From NCBI RefSeq assembly GCF_009914755.1, contig NC_060931.1: a DNA stretch of 64,000 nt, one strand, 5' to 3'. The notes beneath the pieces were generated by a model, which was not told the origin of the DNA, searched no databases, and worked only from the letters and a program-made list of their open reading frames with translations. This DNA comes from the human T2T-CHM13v2.0 reference genome, Homo sapiens. Made by a program: the position numbers and the translations under genes. Shown in pieces: positions 13,708 through 28,527 of the stretch (position 1 is its first letter; each line of letters opens with the position of its first letter).

Positions 13708-13790
13708 CCTCCCTGCACCCGCCCCCGCTCCCTGCACCCACCTGCCCCCCCTCCCTGCACCCGCCCCCCCTCCCTGCACCCACCTGCCCT
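13708..13790. repeat. C-rich short tandem repeat (CTCCCTGCACCC...) x4
   Basis: Direct inspection. Confidence 0.85.
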
Positions 13791-15019
13791 ACTCAGGGTG
13801 GTGAGAGCGGAGGGGCTCTGGGGCTTCATCCACACGTCTCCTAGTCACCCTCTCGACCAAGAGCATCCTCTGGATTTTACATTCACTTGGCAACAAAAAA
13901 AGTTTGAGAGAGGACTTTGAACATCAAAAATGCTTACATTTGTTATGTCACAAACACAAAGCGTTCTCCTAGGAGGTTTCTGGTACAGACCATGTTTCCT
14001 GAGGACCTGGAGGGTATCGCACCTACAGCCAGCAACGCCGTGCAGCACGCTCGGAGCGCACCCAAGAGGGCAGATCAGAGGGGCGCACGCGGATCCCCAA
14101 AATCCTGAAGATATGTACGGAAAATATGTGCGGCTTTTCCTGCCGACCAGGCCTCCACGAAGTGCTTCGATAAAATAAAACCAGCCTGTCATGGAGGAGT
14201 CCCCTTTGCCCGGAGAGCCTGTCCTTCCCCTCTGGGGGTCACACTGCCAGTTTGTCAAAGTTGGGCGAAGTGGCCCCTGCCTGGAACTCTCTGGCCTTAT
14301 GAAGCCCCCTCCCCGTTCATGCCGCTCAATCGAGTGACTCTTACAGATCATCTTGAGCTGCCTCATGGGGTGGGGCTCGCGTTCCCATCTGCCTTCTGCA
14401 AGGTGTGGCCTCTGACCTGCAGCCCGCACTGAGCCAGCAAGCCGCGGGAGAGGCCAGGCGCCCGCAGCGGGGCATCTGCGCCTGGTGTGCAGCGTACTTG
14501 CTATACTCAGGCCAGCCCAGCCCTGGGCCATCTCCCTGAGTTTCAGCTCCCCGGGGCCACCTCTCCTGGGTCCCCTCTTTGCTGTGGCTCTGGCGGACAT
14601 TAGCCAGCAGTGGAGAGAAGCCCATCTCCACCCCCAGGGAGCTCAGCCGAGGTCTCCGCGTCCCAGCACCAGCTGCCTTCAGCTCGAGGGTGTGTTTTCG
14701 GGGGTGGGGATCCCACATGGCACGGCTCCTGCACGTCCAGGGCATCTGCTAGTCGTCTTTGCCTGCTCCCCAGTGTCCCAAGCAACTCAGTAGGACCTTG
14801 GGGAAGCTGGGTGCTCACAGAACACCTTGTAAGCGAATGAGGAAAGCAGGCTTGTCCGCTGGCCACACTGCACGACAGACGTCTGCCCAGGCTGGGGCCG
14901 GGGGTCTCTGCTCCTACAGCCCGCAGATGGGCCACCCGGAGGCTGCCCCGTGATGGCTGGACCTGAGGCTTTCCAGTGACTAGGAGGGCTTGGGTACTTC
15001 TTATTCATGAGCTGTACGT

Positions 15020-15260
15020 TCTACAGCGTGGCTGGTCATTTAATGTGTGCAATCGATGGGCACTGCGCTTCAACTTCAAAGCATGACCGGGCGGATCAAT
15101 CTCCCAGGGCCGCGGGTGCCGAGTTTAAAACTCATCTCTTTTTCTAAAGTGGAGGCAAGGGACCCCAGTTTGGGATTAATCAGCAGTGATGAGCTTAAAT
15201 AAATGAGATAAATTTTCTATCTATCTTGTAAGGCTTTTTTTCAGAATTAATGGGACCCCT
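15020..15260. promoter_or_regulatory. Candidate enhancer (homeobox/TCF/GATA motif cluster)
   Basis: ATCGAT 15052, TTCAAAG 15075, ATCAAT 15095, GGATTA 15173 and AGATAA 15206 in non-repetitive DNA; motif evidence only. Confidence 0.35.
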
Positions 15261-16290
15261 CTACAATGCGCTGTGCCCGGGGAGAGGAAGGGGGCGCAGC
15301 TGCATCTGCAGCTGCGGTTGTGGTCGGGAGAATGAGGGCCTGGAGCTGCCCAGGACGGGCTCAGGCACAGGCACCCAGCCGAGAGTCCCCTGCTGTTCCC
15401 TCTGCAGAGCAAACACAGTTTCTGCTGAAAAGAATGTGGCAGATGAACAAAAATTGTAAGGTTTTCTAAAGGTGTTTCATTACGTGAGATGGCAGAGGTT
15501 GGTCTCCATGTCACAGATGACCCTCGCGGCGGTGATAACCTTTACATTTTGGGGTGCTCTGTGGACCCCCTGTGTACCCTGTGAGTATGCACGTTTCTAG
15601 AGGTGGAGTTTGACCCTTGAATTGTTCAAATTATAAGTAGAATCACAGAAATTGGGGGAGGAAAGGATCTGAGGGGCCTCCAGGGCCCGTGGCTTCACCC
15701 TGGGGTGGGGGCAAGGGCGGGGCGTGGTGCCTCTTCCGGGGTGGGATGGGTGGATGCTCGTGGTTCATTCCCACGTGGGATTCTCACATGCTCGCCCTCC
15801 GGCTGTCAGGAGCAATGGTGAGTTCTGCCACACGTGGAAAACACGTTGGCTTCTCTGGGTTTTAAGTGTCCTGTCAGCAGCTCGGAGCCTCTAGGAGACA
15901 CCGTCCCCCAGGGCCACGTATAGATCCACTGGAGGCCTGAATGGCATAATTCGTGGCACCCCTGGCACCACACAGGGGTGTTTCTGTCCCCTTCTCCTCC
16001 CATGGCTTAGAAGCAGTAATCTCCTGACCTCCAGGCAGAAGTCAATTTCCTCCTTTGCCTCCTCCGCCTTGCAGGGACCCCAGGGCTGACCTGCCTCCCT
16101 CGGCCCCCTCTCTGCCAGAGCCAGGTCTGAGGTCAAGGCTTTCGGTGTTTCTGAGGCCACGCTGAGGGCCCCACAGCCCCTTCCCGGGTCCCCACCCTCC
16201 AGGCCACCTTCGGGCCTCGGCAGCACACCTCGAGGGGCCCAGGACAAGCTCGGGGCCCAGGTGGCCGGGAGGGGGCCGCCTGTGTCTCGC

Positions 16291-16521
16291 CCCTCATTCT
16301 CTGCTCTGACCCGGGCTCGCACCTCCCCTCGTTCTCTGCTCTGACCCGGGCTCGCACCTCTCCTCGTTCTCTGCCCTGACCCGGGATCACACCTCCGACC
16401 CGGGCTCACACCTCCCCTCGTTCTCTGCTCCGACCCGGGCTCACACCTCCCCTCGTTCTCTGCTCCGACCCGGGCTCACACCTCCCCTCGTTCTCTGCTC
16501 TGACCCGGGCTCACACCTCCC
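16291..16521. repeat. Minisatellite, 35-bp unit (TTCTCTGCTCTGACCCGGGCTCACACCTCCCCTCG), ~6.5 copies
   Basis: Periodicity at 16297, 16332 and onward; one truncated internal copy. Confidence 0.93.
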
Positions 16522-16539
16522 TGCTCCACCCAGGCTGCC

Positions 16540-17165
16540 TGCACTTCCGGTTCTGCGTCTGGCCGGCCTACGGGCACTCGGGCAGTGCGGTGACCAATTA
16601 TAGCGTCGACGATGGCAGCTTCCCTCTGAAAGCCCATTGTGTCTGCCCCTATTCTTTGAAGCTTCACTGCTTTCGGATAAGTATGAAAATAGGCTCTCCC
16701 TCTCTGAGTCAAAGGAGGCAATTATACAATAGGACTATCACCCTCACTGTCACTCTCCGCTTTGTTTAAATGTGGGGATTTCATTTCTTCATCGCCTCTG
16801 TGAACACCCACTAAAACCGTAAGTGGGAAAAGTGGGTGCCTTCTGTATTTTACATTTTTTATTGTGTCACTTACTGCAAAGCAGCTCAAGGAGCCTGAAG
16901 ACACCCAGCCTGAAACCACGATAAATGTGTGGAGTTGTGGAGACAGCTCACCAGCAGAACAGTGAGCTACCTTCTCTCCCAGTAACCTTTTCCAGAGGAA
17001 ACCTCTTTGAAATATCACAAGCAAAATTTAAATCACAAAATACTTCATATCTGCCTGCACTCATTGTCATGCTAAAGCACATCACCTCGGTCCTCAGAGA
17101 GGAGGGATTTCCATGTGAAAGAGGCCAGAGTGCTTCCCTCACTTAGCGGGGATGCAATTATAAAG
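16540..17165. promoter_or_regulatory. Candidate developmental enhancer (ETS/SOX/TCF/AP-1/homeobox cluster)
   Basis: ACTTCCGG 16542, CCAATTA 16595, CATTGT 16635, CTTTGAA 16654 and 17005, TGAGTCAAAGG 16705, CAATTA 16719, ACAATAG 16726. Confidence 0.45.
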
Positions 17166-17206
17166 TATTGAAACTTCCTCTAAGACATGGATCCCTGTGC
17201 GTCGCA

Positions 17207-17518
17207 GCCCCTCACCTGTGCACCTGGGAGGCACCTGGGGATGGGGTGGGGGTGTCAAGCTTGAAGCCCCTCACCTGTGCACCTGGGAGGCTCCTGGGGC
17301 TCAAGCTCAAAGCCCCCTCACCTGTGCATCTAGGAGGCACTTCGGCGGGGTCGGGGGCGGGGGGGGCTCAAGCTAAAAGCCCCTCACCTGTGCACCTGGG
17401 TGGCACCTGGGAGGGGGACTCAAGCTCAAAGCCCCCTCACCTGTGCATCTAGGGGGCACTTTGGCAGGAGGGAGGGTGCTCAAACTAAAAGCCCCTCACC
17501 TATGCACCTGGGAGGCCC
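17207..17518. repeat. Degenerate ~50-65-bp minisatellite (AAGCCCCTCACCTGTGCACCTGGGAGGC...), ~6 copies
   Basis: Recurring CCCCTCACCTGTGCA and GCTCAAGCT motifs. Confidence 0.85.
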
Positions 17519-18764
17519 CCAGGAGCTGCAGCAAAGCTGGGCCCCAGCCACAGCCTGCAAAATCTCCGACTCCACATGGGGCCTCAGCACCGTCTGTTTG
17601 CTCACCCTCCCCAGGGGGCTGAGGCTGGGAACCACTGCTCTTTAACTCTCAACCTCTTCCCAAGGTGCTGTCTATCTGTGGCCCTTGGAGTTCTGTACTC
17701 GGCAGTCATTTATTTACAAGTCGCATGAGAAAGTCCTTCCAGCCACTTTCTGTGCTTGCTCTGACATTTGCCCAAACTAACGTTGCTGAGGTTGACCTCA
17801 TGTTTATTCAGGGAACTTGATTCATTTTCAAGCTATTGATAACAACAAAGTCCTCCCCAACCAAGGAACTTCCGCCATGGAGGCGTTTTCAAAAGAAAGT
17901 GCTTGTGCTCATCCCCAGAGGGTTCCTGAGCCTGTGGACGAGGCGGGAGGCGGGAGGTGGAGGAGGTGGCACCTGGCAGCTCACCTGGTGTACCTTCTGT
18001 GAGACCCAGCCAGCCCATCGGTCACCAAGGGGTGCATGTCACACCCTGACCTGCCTGACGGAGGGAGCCCATGAAGCAGAACAAACACATGTGATGCTGA
18101 CGCCCTCAGAAACCTGGGGCTAAGGCCACACCTGATCACCGTGATGGAGGGGGGCAGGCGCCGAGGCGAACTTGGGAGAGGCCCTATGGTGCACACCCCT
18201 ACCCTTCCTGGCTGGAGAAAAATGGCCCGCCCCGTGAAACAGCAAATAAACACACGCGTTCCAGGACGTGAGATACGGCCTCCACATCAATCAGAGGGAC
18301 CTGCCCAGTCCTGTCAATTTTCCATCTAAATTACATAACTGTCCTCCTTAGAGACGCGGGGATGCCCAGGCACAGGCATGAAAGATCGGCCTTGAGGTTA
18401 TTTTGTCTCTGCAAGTATTGATGCGAGGACTTGTGGCGCTTTTCTTTCCCGGTGAACTTTCCCAACTGCTGATGTTACGTGCACTAAGCACATGATTTTC
18501 CTATTCATTCCCGAATCTCACATTTTACCGGGATGGTGACATCCCTGTGGGGCCTTGTGGGCTCTGAGCTCATCTACACCCAATCCTAGTCAGCTCTGCT
18601 GCCCCTGCGGGGTAAACTGGCAGCTCTGAGTTCACTGGGTGCTGTTTACTGAACGCCTGCCCATGGAAGCCACTGTCCTCATCACTGGGAAAGGCGCAGA
18701 GAAGAGAAGGAAACGTTAAAAATCTGGTTGGAGAGAGGAAACAAACTTGGACCATCTTTGACAG

Positions 18765-19158
18765 TGGTATTAGTCCATTCTCCATGGCTACAAAGAAACA
18801 CCTGAGACTGGATGATTCTAGGAAAGAGGCTTAATCGGCTCAGAGCTCTGCAGGTTGCACAGGGAGCACGGCAGCTTCTGCTTCTGGGGAGGCCTCAGGG
18901 AGCTTCCAGTCACGGTGGAAGGCGAAAGGGAAGCAATCTCGTCCCACGGTGGGCGTAGGCGCAAGGTGGGAGGGGCTACCCAGGTTTAAACACACGGGTC
19001 TCAGAAAACTCACTATCATGAGAACAGCAAGGAGAGGGTGGTGCAAAACCATTCAAAAATCACCCCCAAGTCCAGTCACCACCCCCCAGGCCCCACACCC
19101 AACACTGGGGATTACGGTTCGACAGGAGATTTTGGGGCACACTGATCCAACCATCTCA
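18765..19158 (-). mobile_element. MST-family (MSTA/MSTB) MaLR solo LTR
   Basis: GTATTAGTCCATTCTC...CCTGAGACTGG...GGGGAGGCCTCAGGGAGCTT...ACTCACTATCATGAGAACAGCA...AACCATCTCA. Confidence 0.85.
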
Positions 19159-20142
19159 ACAGCAAAGAGTGATCTGCCTCGAGTTCCGACTCGCCGCTCA
19201 GACGAACTCACGGCTCAGCTGGGAGAATCACACGGGAGGGGCCCATGAACGGGCACTGGGGCCACAGCCGGGGATTCAACTGCACCGAAATCCCAGCCCT
19301 CAACACGGCCCACGGCTGTGTCATCCCGGATTTATCACTATAAAGCAAAACCAAAAACGGACCTCAGGTTTCTCTGCAATATGTAGGATCCGTGAAACCT
19401 CCAACGTGAAATGAGAAGTAGGTAGCCTCGAATCTGCACCCAGGCAGCCCCAAAGGCTATCTGATGACAACACACATTTTCTCATGAAGCGGAGGAGAGT
19501 CCGGCCTTGTTGCTGGGCCTGCAGGACATCCCATCGCTCATCTTAATTCTCCTGAGGGTGATATTTACACCTGATATTTACAAGGTGTGGCAAGTGAGAA
19601 TTTCATCCCAGCCTCCTGCCTGGCAGGTTACACAAGCTGGCCACAGGGATGCTTATGGGCTGAGGTCGTGGGAGGCATCCCGTGAGGGTCACAGGCTGAG
19701 GTCGTGGGAGGCATCCCGTGAGGGTCACACAGGCAAAGACTGTCAGCCAAAAGGAATTCCAAGGCCCGGACGGGAGGCGGCCACAGGCTCCTGGGTGTGC
19801 TGTGGGACGTACCACTCGGTGGCAGGGCCTGGCCAGAGAGCTGCCCTGCAGGCCTGTGGGATCCTTCAACGCGAAGCTTGCATTCCAGGAGCTCCCTGAG
19901 CCCTGAGACCATGGTGAGGGGCTGCGTTGGGCCAGGCTGGGTGTGCACCTGTCAGTTACATTTTCCTATGTGTCCTCCTTCCTTTCTTTGGAGCCTGAAT
20001 CTTTGTCTTTAGCATCCTTTGTAGTCTTGAATTCTGAGCCCATTCCTGAGACCCCTCTGAACCTCCAGAGGCCCCGCAGCTCTCAAGCTGGAGGACTGGG
20101 GACTATGCTCATCTTTCCTTTGACCCCAGGTCTGTCTTCCTA

Positions 20143-20490
<348 letters not shown>

Positions 20491-20682
20491 CTACCTTTTG
20501 GAATGTGAAATTGCCTCTGAGACGAACCTGTGATTTGTCACCTCTGGGAGATGACAAGGATGCCTCTGTGACCTTTGTCCCCATGCTAAATATTTTGTCA
20601 CCATGCTGGCTTTCTTGTTTGCATCAGTAACAGACCGGCCATTTCTCCCATTTGGCTGTACAGTCGTTAGCAGTGGCCCCTC

Positions 20683-20750
20683 CACACACACAGACACACA
20701 CGGACACACACAGACACACACATGGACACACACGGACACACACACACACG
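20683..20750. repeat. Interrupted (CA)n microsatellite
   Basis: Direct inspection. Confidence 0.9.
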
Positions 20751-21589
20751 TCGCTTCTGGTCTGAGAATGTCTGCCTCCTTTCCATTCCCCTGGGCAGGT
20801 TATTTTCTTCTCCTAATCACAAAACCCATCCTTCATCTTAATAATTCTCCTGAGAGCGATATTTACACCCTATAATTAGAACTTTATGTTCGTTTTATTA
20901 ATTACCTCTTTTTTGCCTATTGATGTGAAAGAATCTGGGGCTAAAAGTATTACAGATGGCTCTACACATTGAACCGTTGATATTTAAACTCAATCAGCAG
21001 ATGCTGGTGCTGTGGGGTGGGGTGGGGCAGGGTGGGCGTCCCACCGGCTCCTCAGGCCTTCCTCCACATCCCATCGGCTCCACTCAGGGACTCCACTTCT
21101 TCTCAGCACCTGTGCCCTCCAGTCCCTCTCCCAGGAAGGCAGCAGGAGAGGAGACCCCCGTGCCATCTTCAATACCACCCCTGTGACTAGGGTGCTGCCC
21201 CCTCCTCCTTTCTTCTCCAACTTCTAGATTTGGCCCCTAAATGTGACTGAATAACGTGGCAAGCCCTTCAGACATGACAACCCCATCGGGTCAGAGAGGT
21301 AGTGGTTGCAGCTGGGCCTGGCCCACCATCGGGGTGGGGCCAGCAGGAGCAGGAGCACGCTGTGTGCTCGTGGGGAGGAAGGGCTGGGTGAGGCTGGAGC
21401 GTGGGTGGGAGGTGCTGGACAGGGATGCTGAGGGCAACGGGCCCTCCCTGCACCGAGGCTTCAGCAGCCCTGCTCTCTGCTGTCAGCCTCGGATCCGGGC
21501 TGGCCTGGCCTTCATCTCTCCCCAGGCTCCAAAGACCCCACATCGCCATCTCTTGCCGTGAGACCTCCCCACGCTGAACGTGTGTTCCT

Positions 21590-22670
21590 CTAGCCACTTA
21601 CTCAACGTCTCCACTGCAGGCCCCAGTGTAACTTGGCCAAGCAGACATTTCATTTTCCCCACCAGAGCAGACCCAGCCCAGGGCTCCCTCCTCACCTTGG
21701 GACCTACAGCAGGTCCTGCCCCAGCTCCATGTGCGGGTCCCTCATCTGACTCGCACACTGCCCCTCCGACTGGCCCAGGGCCTCCACTCCAGCGTGTGCT
21801 CCTCAGGCCCAGTGTTCTGAGCGTGGAGTGAACTTTCTAAGTCACAATTTAAGTCACATCCCTCTCCCTCTGGAAATGTCTGCTGGCTTTGCACCCACCA
21901 AGGACAAGATCCACAGCCTTCAACACACGGCATCACGAACCACCTCCCGAGCCGGCCCCCTCCATCCCTCAGAGTCACCACAATCGGCCTACCCCGTCCC
22001 TCAGAGGCACCACAGCCGGCCCCCTCCATCCCTCAGAGGCACCACAGCCGGCCCCCTCCATCCCTCAGAGGCACCACAGCCGGCCCCCTCCATCCCTCAG
22101 AGGCACCACAGCCGGCCCCCTCCATCCCTCAGAGGCACCACAGCCGGCCTCCTTTGTCCCTCAGAGGTACCACAGCCGGCCTCCCCCATACCTCAGAGGC
22201 ACCACAGGCAGCCTCCTCTGTCCCTCAGAGGCACCACAGCCGGCCTCCCCCATCCCTTAGAGGTACCACAGGCAGCCTCCTCCATCCCTGAGGCACCACA
22301 GGCGGCCTCCTCCATCCCTCAGAGGCACCACAGGCGGCCTCCCCATCCCTCAGAGGTACCACAGATGCCCTCCTCCATCCCTCAGAGGCACCACAGCCAG
22401 CCTGCGTGGCCTCTGTGTTTCTCCCCGGGGTCTTTCCAGGCTGGGCTTCTTCTCGTCCTAACGCTCAGAGGCCTCTGCTTAGCCCCACCTTCCATCACTG
22501 TGCCCTCTTCTCCTTTCTTCACATCACACCTTACTAGAAATTACCCGGTCACTATAGTGCCTGTCCCTTCTCCGCGACAAGGGGACCCCTAGCGTGCTTC
22601 CCCGCTGCGCTCCCAGCTCCTACAACAGTGTCTGGCCCCTCAAAGCGACTCAACGACCCTCTGCTGATCC
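21590..22670 (+). mobile_element. L2 LINE 3' remnant interrupted by a minisatellite
   Basis: GTGAACTTTCTAAGTCACAATTTAAGTCACATCCCTCTCCC (21827) and a 3'-end-like CCCAGCTCCTACAACAGTGTCTGGCCCC...CTCAACGA (22610-22660). Confidence 0.55.
21950..22400. repeat. Minisatellite, 32-bp unit (CCTCAGAGGCACCACAGCCGGCCCCCTCCATC), ~14 copies
   Basis: 32-bp periodicity (22033, 22065 and onward); homogeneous core with degenerate ends. Confidence 0.95.
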
Positions 22671-22861
22671 AAAGACTCGGCATCCATGTGCCTCCCAGGC
22701 CGCCGCACTCCTCCTCCTGGGAACACCCTCGTACGGACGTTCTGTGGAAATAGATGTTGTGTTTTCACCTCTTGTACCTTGTTCACTTAAAATTTAATCA
22801 ACATCTTATTAGAGAAAGAAAGAGGTTCTTTGCTTTTTTTAACTTTTAAAATATGAATACC

Positions 22862-23354
<493 letters not shown>

Positions 23355-24034
23355 TCACAATGCGTCTTGTGCCTCTCATCTGATTCCGCTACACGGTGCA
23401 AGTTACGCCAGACCAGAAACTGAACCGACGCTGAAAGTATCAGGCCTTCCGCTTAGCGCTGCCTTCGAGATCAGTCTCTCGACCCCTGTTAGGAGCAACG
23501 GCGGTGAGGCAGGATGAACGGCCTCATCCACGGAGCACTGCTTTGCCGTCTCCAGAAAGAGCTGTCGAGGTTTATTTATTCACGGAGAGGCTCTGCATCA
23601 CGAGAGTGCTGCGTTAACCCAGGTGCGGGGGATATTATCCTCCCCGTGAGAGCAGCTGCATGGATTTTTTTAATGTCAAATTCCATATGAAACAGCACAA
23701 ATCCCCATTTCTGCCCCACTGGGTTGAGAAATCTGTGGGTGATAGAGTATAGGTAAAAACATCTTAGCCTGCATGAAAACAAACATCATCTTAGAAGAAG
23801 GAAAGAGCAAATGTTTTAAAGGCCTAAAAATAATAATTTTCTCTAGGGAAAAATTTGATGGGCACGCTATGATTTATTGCCAAATGATATTTAAGAAAAA
23901 TTCACAGGAGAGGCGGCTGCTGAATGCCTCCACCGAGGGTTCTGGGAAGGAAAACGCCCGCTTAGTGGAAGAACAGAACGGCCGCACAGAAAGTGCTTGG
24001 TCCTTGGCTTCCTGTGTCTCCCCCAAAACACACG

Positions 24035-24265
24035 TGGCTTATCAGAAACCTGCAGGAAAACAACACAGATTTATTCTCTCACAGGAGGCCACGGTCCAGA
24101 TGGGTTTCACTGAGCTGAAGTCAGGGCTTGGGTGGGCCGCACGCTCTGGGGCGGCTCCTGACCTTTTCTGGCTTGTGGCACCTGGCTGGACTTCTCGGCG
24201 TGCAGCTCCTTCGTCCACCGTGAAACCCGCCCCGGCGTCCCTCTCCGACTCCGCTTCCTTCATGG
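24035..24265 (-). mobile_element. MLT1 (MLT1D-like) LTR fragment
   Basis: AAAACAACACAGATTTATTCTCTCACAG...ATGGGTTTCACTGAGCTGAAGTCA...CCTTTTCTGGCTT. Confidence 0.65.
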
Positions 24266-24289
24266 GACTTCACTTCCGTGTGCTAAGAA

Positions 24290-26050
<1,761 letters not shown>

Positions 26051-26629
26051 TTTGTGGAGCTCTGGGCAGGTTTTTCATGATGGCAAAATATGTCAACTTT
26101 TCTTTTTGGTGTAATTTCTTCATTGCTAACATTTTCCCTAGACAGTGAAATAATAAACATTTTCTAAAAGTTCCTCAAGAAAAACTATTGAAATTATTTA
26201 GTAGAAACATATGCAAGAGTAGATAATATTGATGTATCCTTATTATATTTAGAAGTTAAAATTAAAGAGGATCTTATGGGAAATTTAAAAATTGCACAGT
26301 AAGGGATTCCTTAAGAAACAGGCGCAAGCCCTTATTTCGTAGCATCTAATTCCTCACCGGGTGTGGAGGGGCCTGTTTACCCAATGCCCCCGCGAAGTCA
26401 TAGTTTGGTGGCATACAGCTCTTAAGAATGCTTATTAGCTCTTAATATCAGAGAGGATTAACCTCCTACTTCATGAAACAATTTGCTAAGGCTGGGAATT
26501 TTTCTTCCATGTCTGTGAGGACTGCCTTCCCTTCTTTCCACACACTTCTTCATTCGTTGTGTACCTGCTGAGCACTCATGATATGTCAGACCAAGTTCTA
26601 GGGACTGCAGTGGTGAACAACTCCAGTGT

Positions 26630-26792
26630 CTGTGCACGGAGCTTCCATTCTGTAACCATGCAGCTGCTCCAGAGAATGCCAAGGTCCCAGCCAAAAAGCT
26701 CTAGATGATTCTAGACTGTGCACGGAGCTTCCATTCTGTAACTGCAGCTGCTCCAGAGAATGCCAAGGTCCCAGCCAAATAGCTCTAGATGA
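26630..26792. repeat. Two-copy tandem duplication (~87-bp period)
   Basis: CTGTGCACGGAGCTTCCATTCTGTAAC...GCTCTAGATGA present twice. Confidence 0.92.
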
Positions 26793-27478
26793 GGGGTGAC
26801 ACATAAGGTGAGGACCCACGCGTGCACACACATACACACACTTGCACACACATGCACACAGTCTCCCCTCTGACCCTTCTCGCCCTACTGGGTGACCAGT
26901 AGGTGATGCAGAGACCACCCACCCACCATTCAGCAAGATCTGACACCTTCTGACTCTTGACAGATGATTTCTGCAGACAGATCCGATGTCATCTTCCTCC
27001 CAGCCCCCCTTCTCCCAGTCCTGCCTCTTCCCACCCTGCAGGTCTAGGCCTCACTCACGAGAGAAGGCTGGTTTTATCCACTGTGTGTGGAGCCTGGCAA
27101 CAAGCATCCCACATTGGTGTGATCCAGGTTACCCTCTCGCCATGCAGTGCCCTCACTGCCCTTGCTGCCCCTGAGCTCTCAGAGGGATGCGCTGCCTCAG
27201 CGTGGGGTGGGAGTGCCGCTCTGCACACTAGACTCAGTCCTCTCTCTGCCTGGAAATACCCACAAAGGCCACAGGATACAGATAATAGCTGTACTGGTGC
27301 TCTCAGACACATTTTCCATGAAAAGAAGAAAATAGCAAATTCCAGTAAGCATTAAGGAAACTCCTTCTCTGGGAGTCTCTGTTCCTCTCCCCCACAGTGC
27401 TTCTTATACTGTGCATTTGAAAGGTGTTTTAAAAGGACTTGTTGTTTCTTTAAGAAGCATAGAAAAAATATATATACT

Positions 27479-27480
<2 letters not shown>

Positions 27481-27517
<37 letters not shown>

Positions 27518-27518
27518 G
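27481..27518. repeat. (TG)n microsatellite
   Basis: Near-perfect TG run. Confidence 0.97.
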
Positions 27519-28306
27519 CAAATACATCATCAACTGAAGGTCTGAAGAAAAGGGAAAAGATCGCAGCTCATCAGGAATGAAAGGTGGCTTGTTCTCCAGC
27601 ATCCTAGTTAAAAGTTCAAAGCACATTTTTCTTATAAATTAGGCTGGAGTAAAATTCAGGGAGATGGGAAAAGGAAGACATAAATTTTTAAAACATGCGA
27701 AGAATTTAAATGAGCACCAGGGGTGAAAATTAGACACATAGAACATGTATTCGACGTAAACTCCCGGTTGTTTAAAGTCATTAACGTTGTGTCGTTATGT
27801 CTAGTGTCAGGTTATGGCTCCACAGCCTGTTTGCCAGTTAAGCGGTGGGGGCAGGGCAGGCCTTGGTCAATATTTGAGTAAAAGAAGAATCTTAATAAAC
27901 CCAAGAAAGTAACTTCAATAATAAGACCAGGCAGTGTTTTGCAAAGCAGAACAGAAGCAATTCAAAAGGGAGAGAGACACAGCCAGAGGCCCCAGGAGCC
28001 CCCACCTTGGGGACATGGAGTGTCTGTGTGAGCCTGGCTTTGTTCTGAGGCAGGAGGGACCCGAGTGCTTGGGGCCAGCCCTGTCCTGTTCTGCGTTAGC
28101 GATGGGGTCTGGTGCTTCTCCACACACACCGTGGCTGTGTGTGCACCGGCTGGGTGACGGCCCAGGTGGTTTTGTGCCAGCTGCTGATGCTGAGTGCACC
28201 TGAAAGGCCCACTTAGCCTCTTTGTGAAGAGGTGTGGGAAGATGTGCACACAGTAGAGAGCAGACTATCACAAGCCACAAAAATGTGTGTGTGTGTAATA
28301 TATATA

Positions 28307-28525
28307 AAGGTCGACCATTCCTTATCTGAAGTGATTGGAACCAGAAGTGTCTCAAATTTTGCATTTTAGAATATTTACATCACACTTACTGGTTGAGCAT
28401 CCCAAATACAAAAATCTGAAATCCAAGATGCTCCAAATCAGCATTTTCCTTTAGGGTCAGGCCTATGCTCAAAAAGTTTTCGATTTGGGGGCATTTTGGG
28501 TTTTAGATCTGGGATGCTCAACCTG
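28307..28525 (+). mobile_element. Tigger4a/MER46A-type TcMar DNA transposon (MITE)
   Basis: CCTTATCTGAAGTGATTGGAACCAGAAGTGT, internal GGTTGAGCATCCC, end GGGATGCTCAACCTG, flanked by TA. Confidence 0.85.
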
Positions 28526-28527
28526 TA

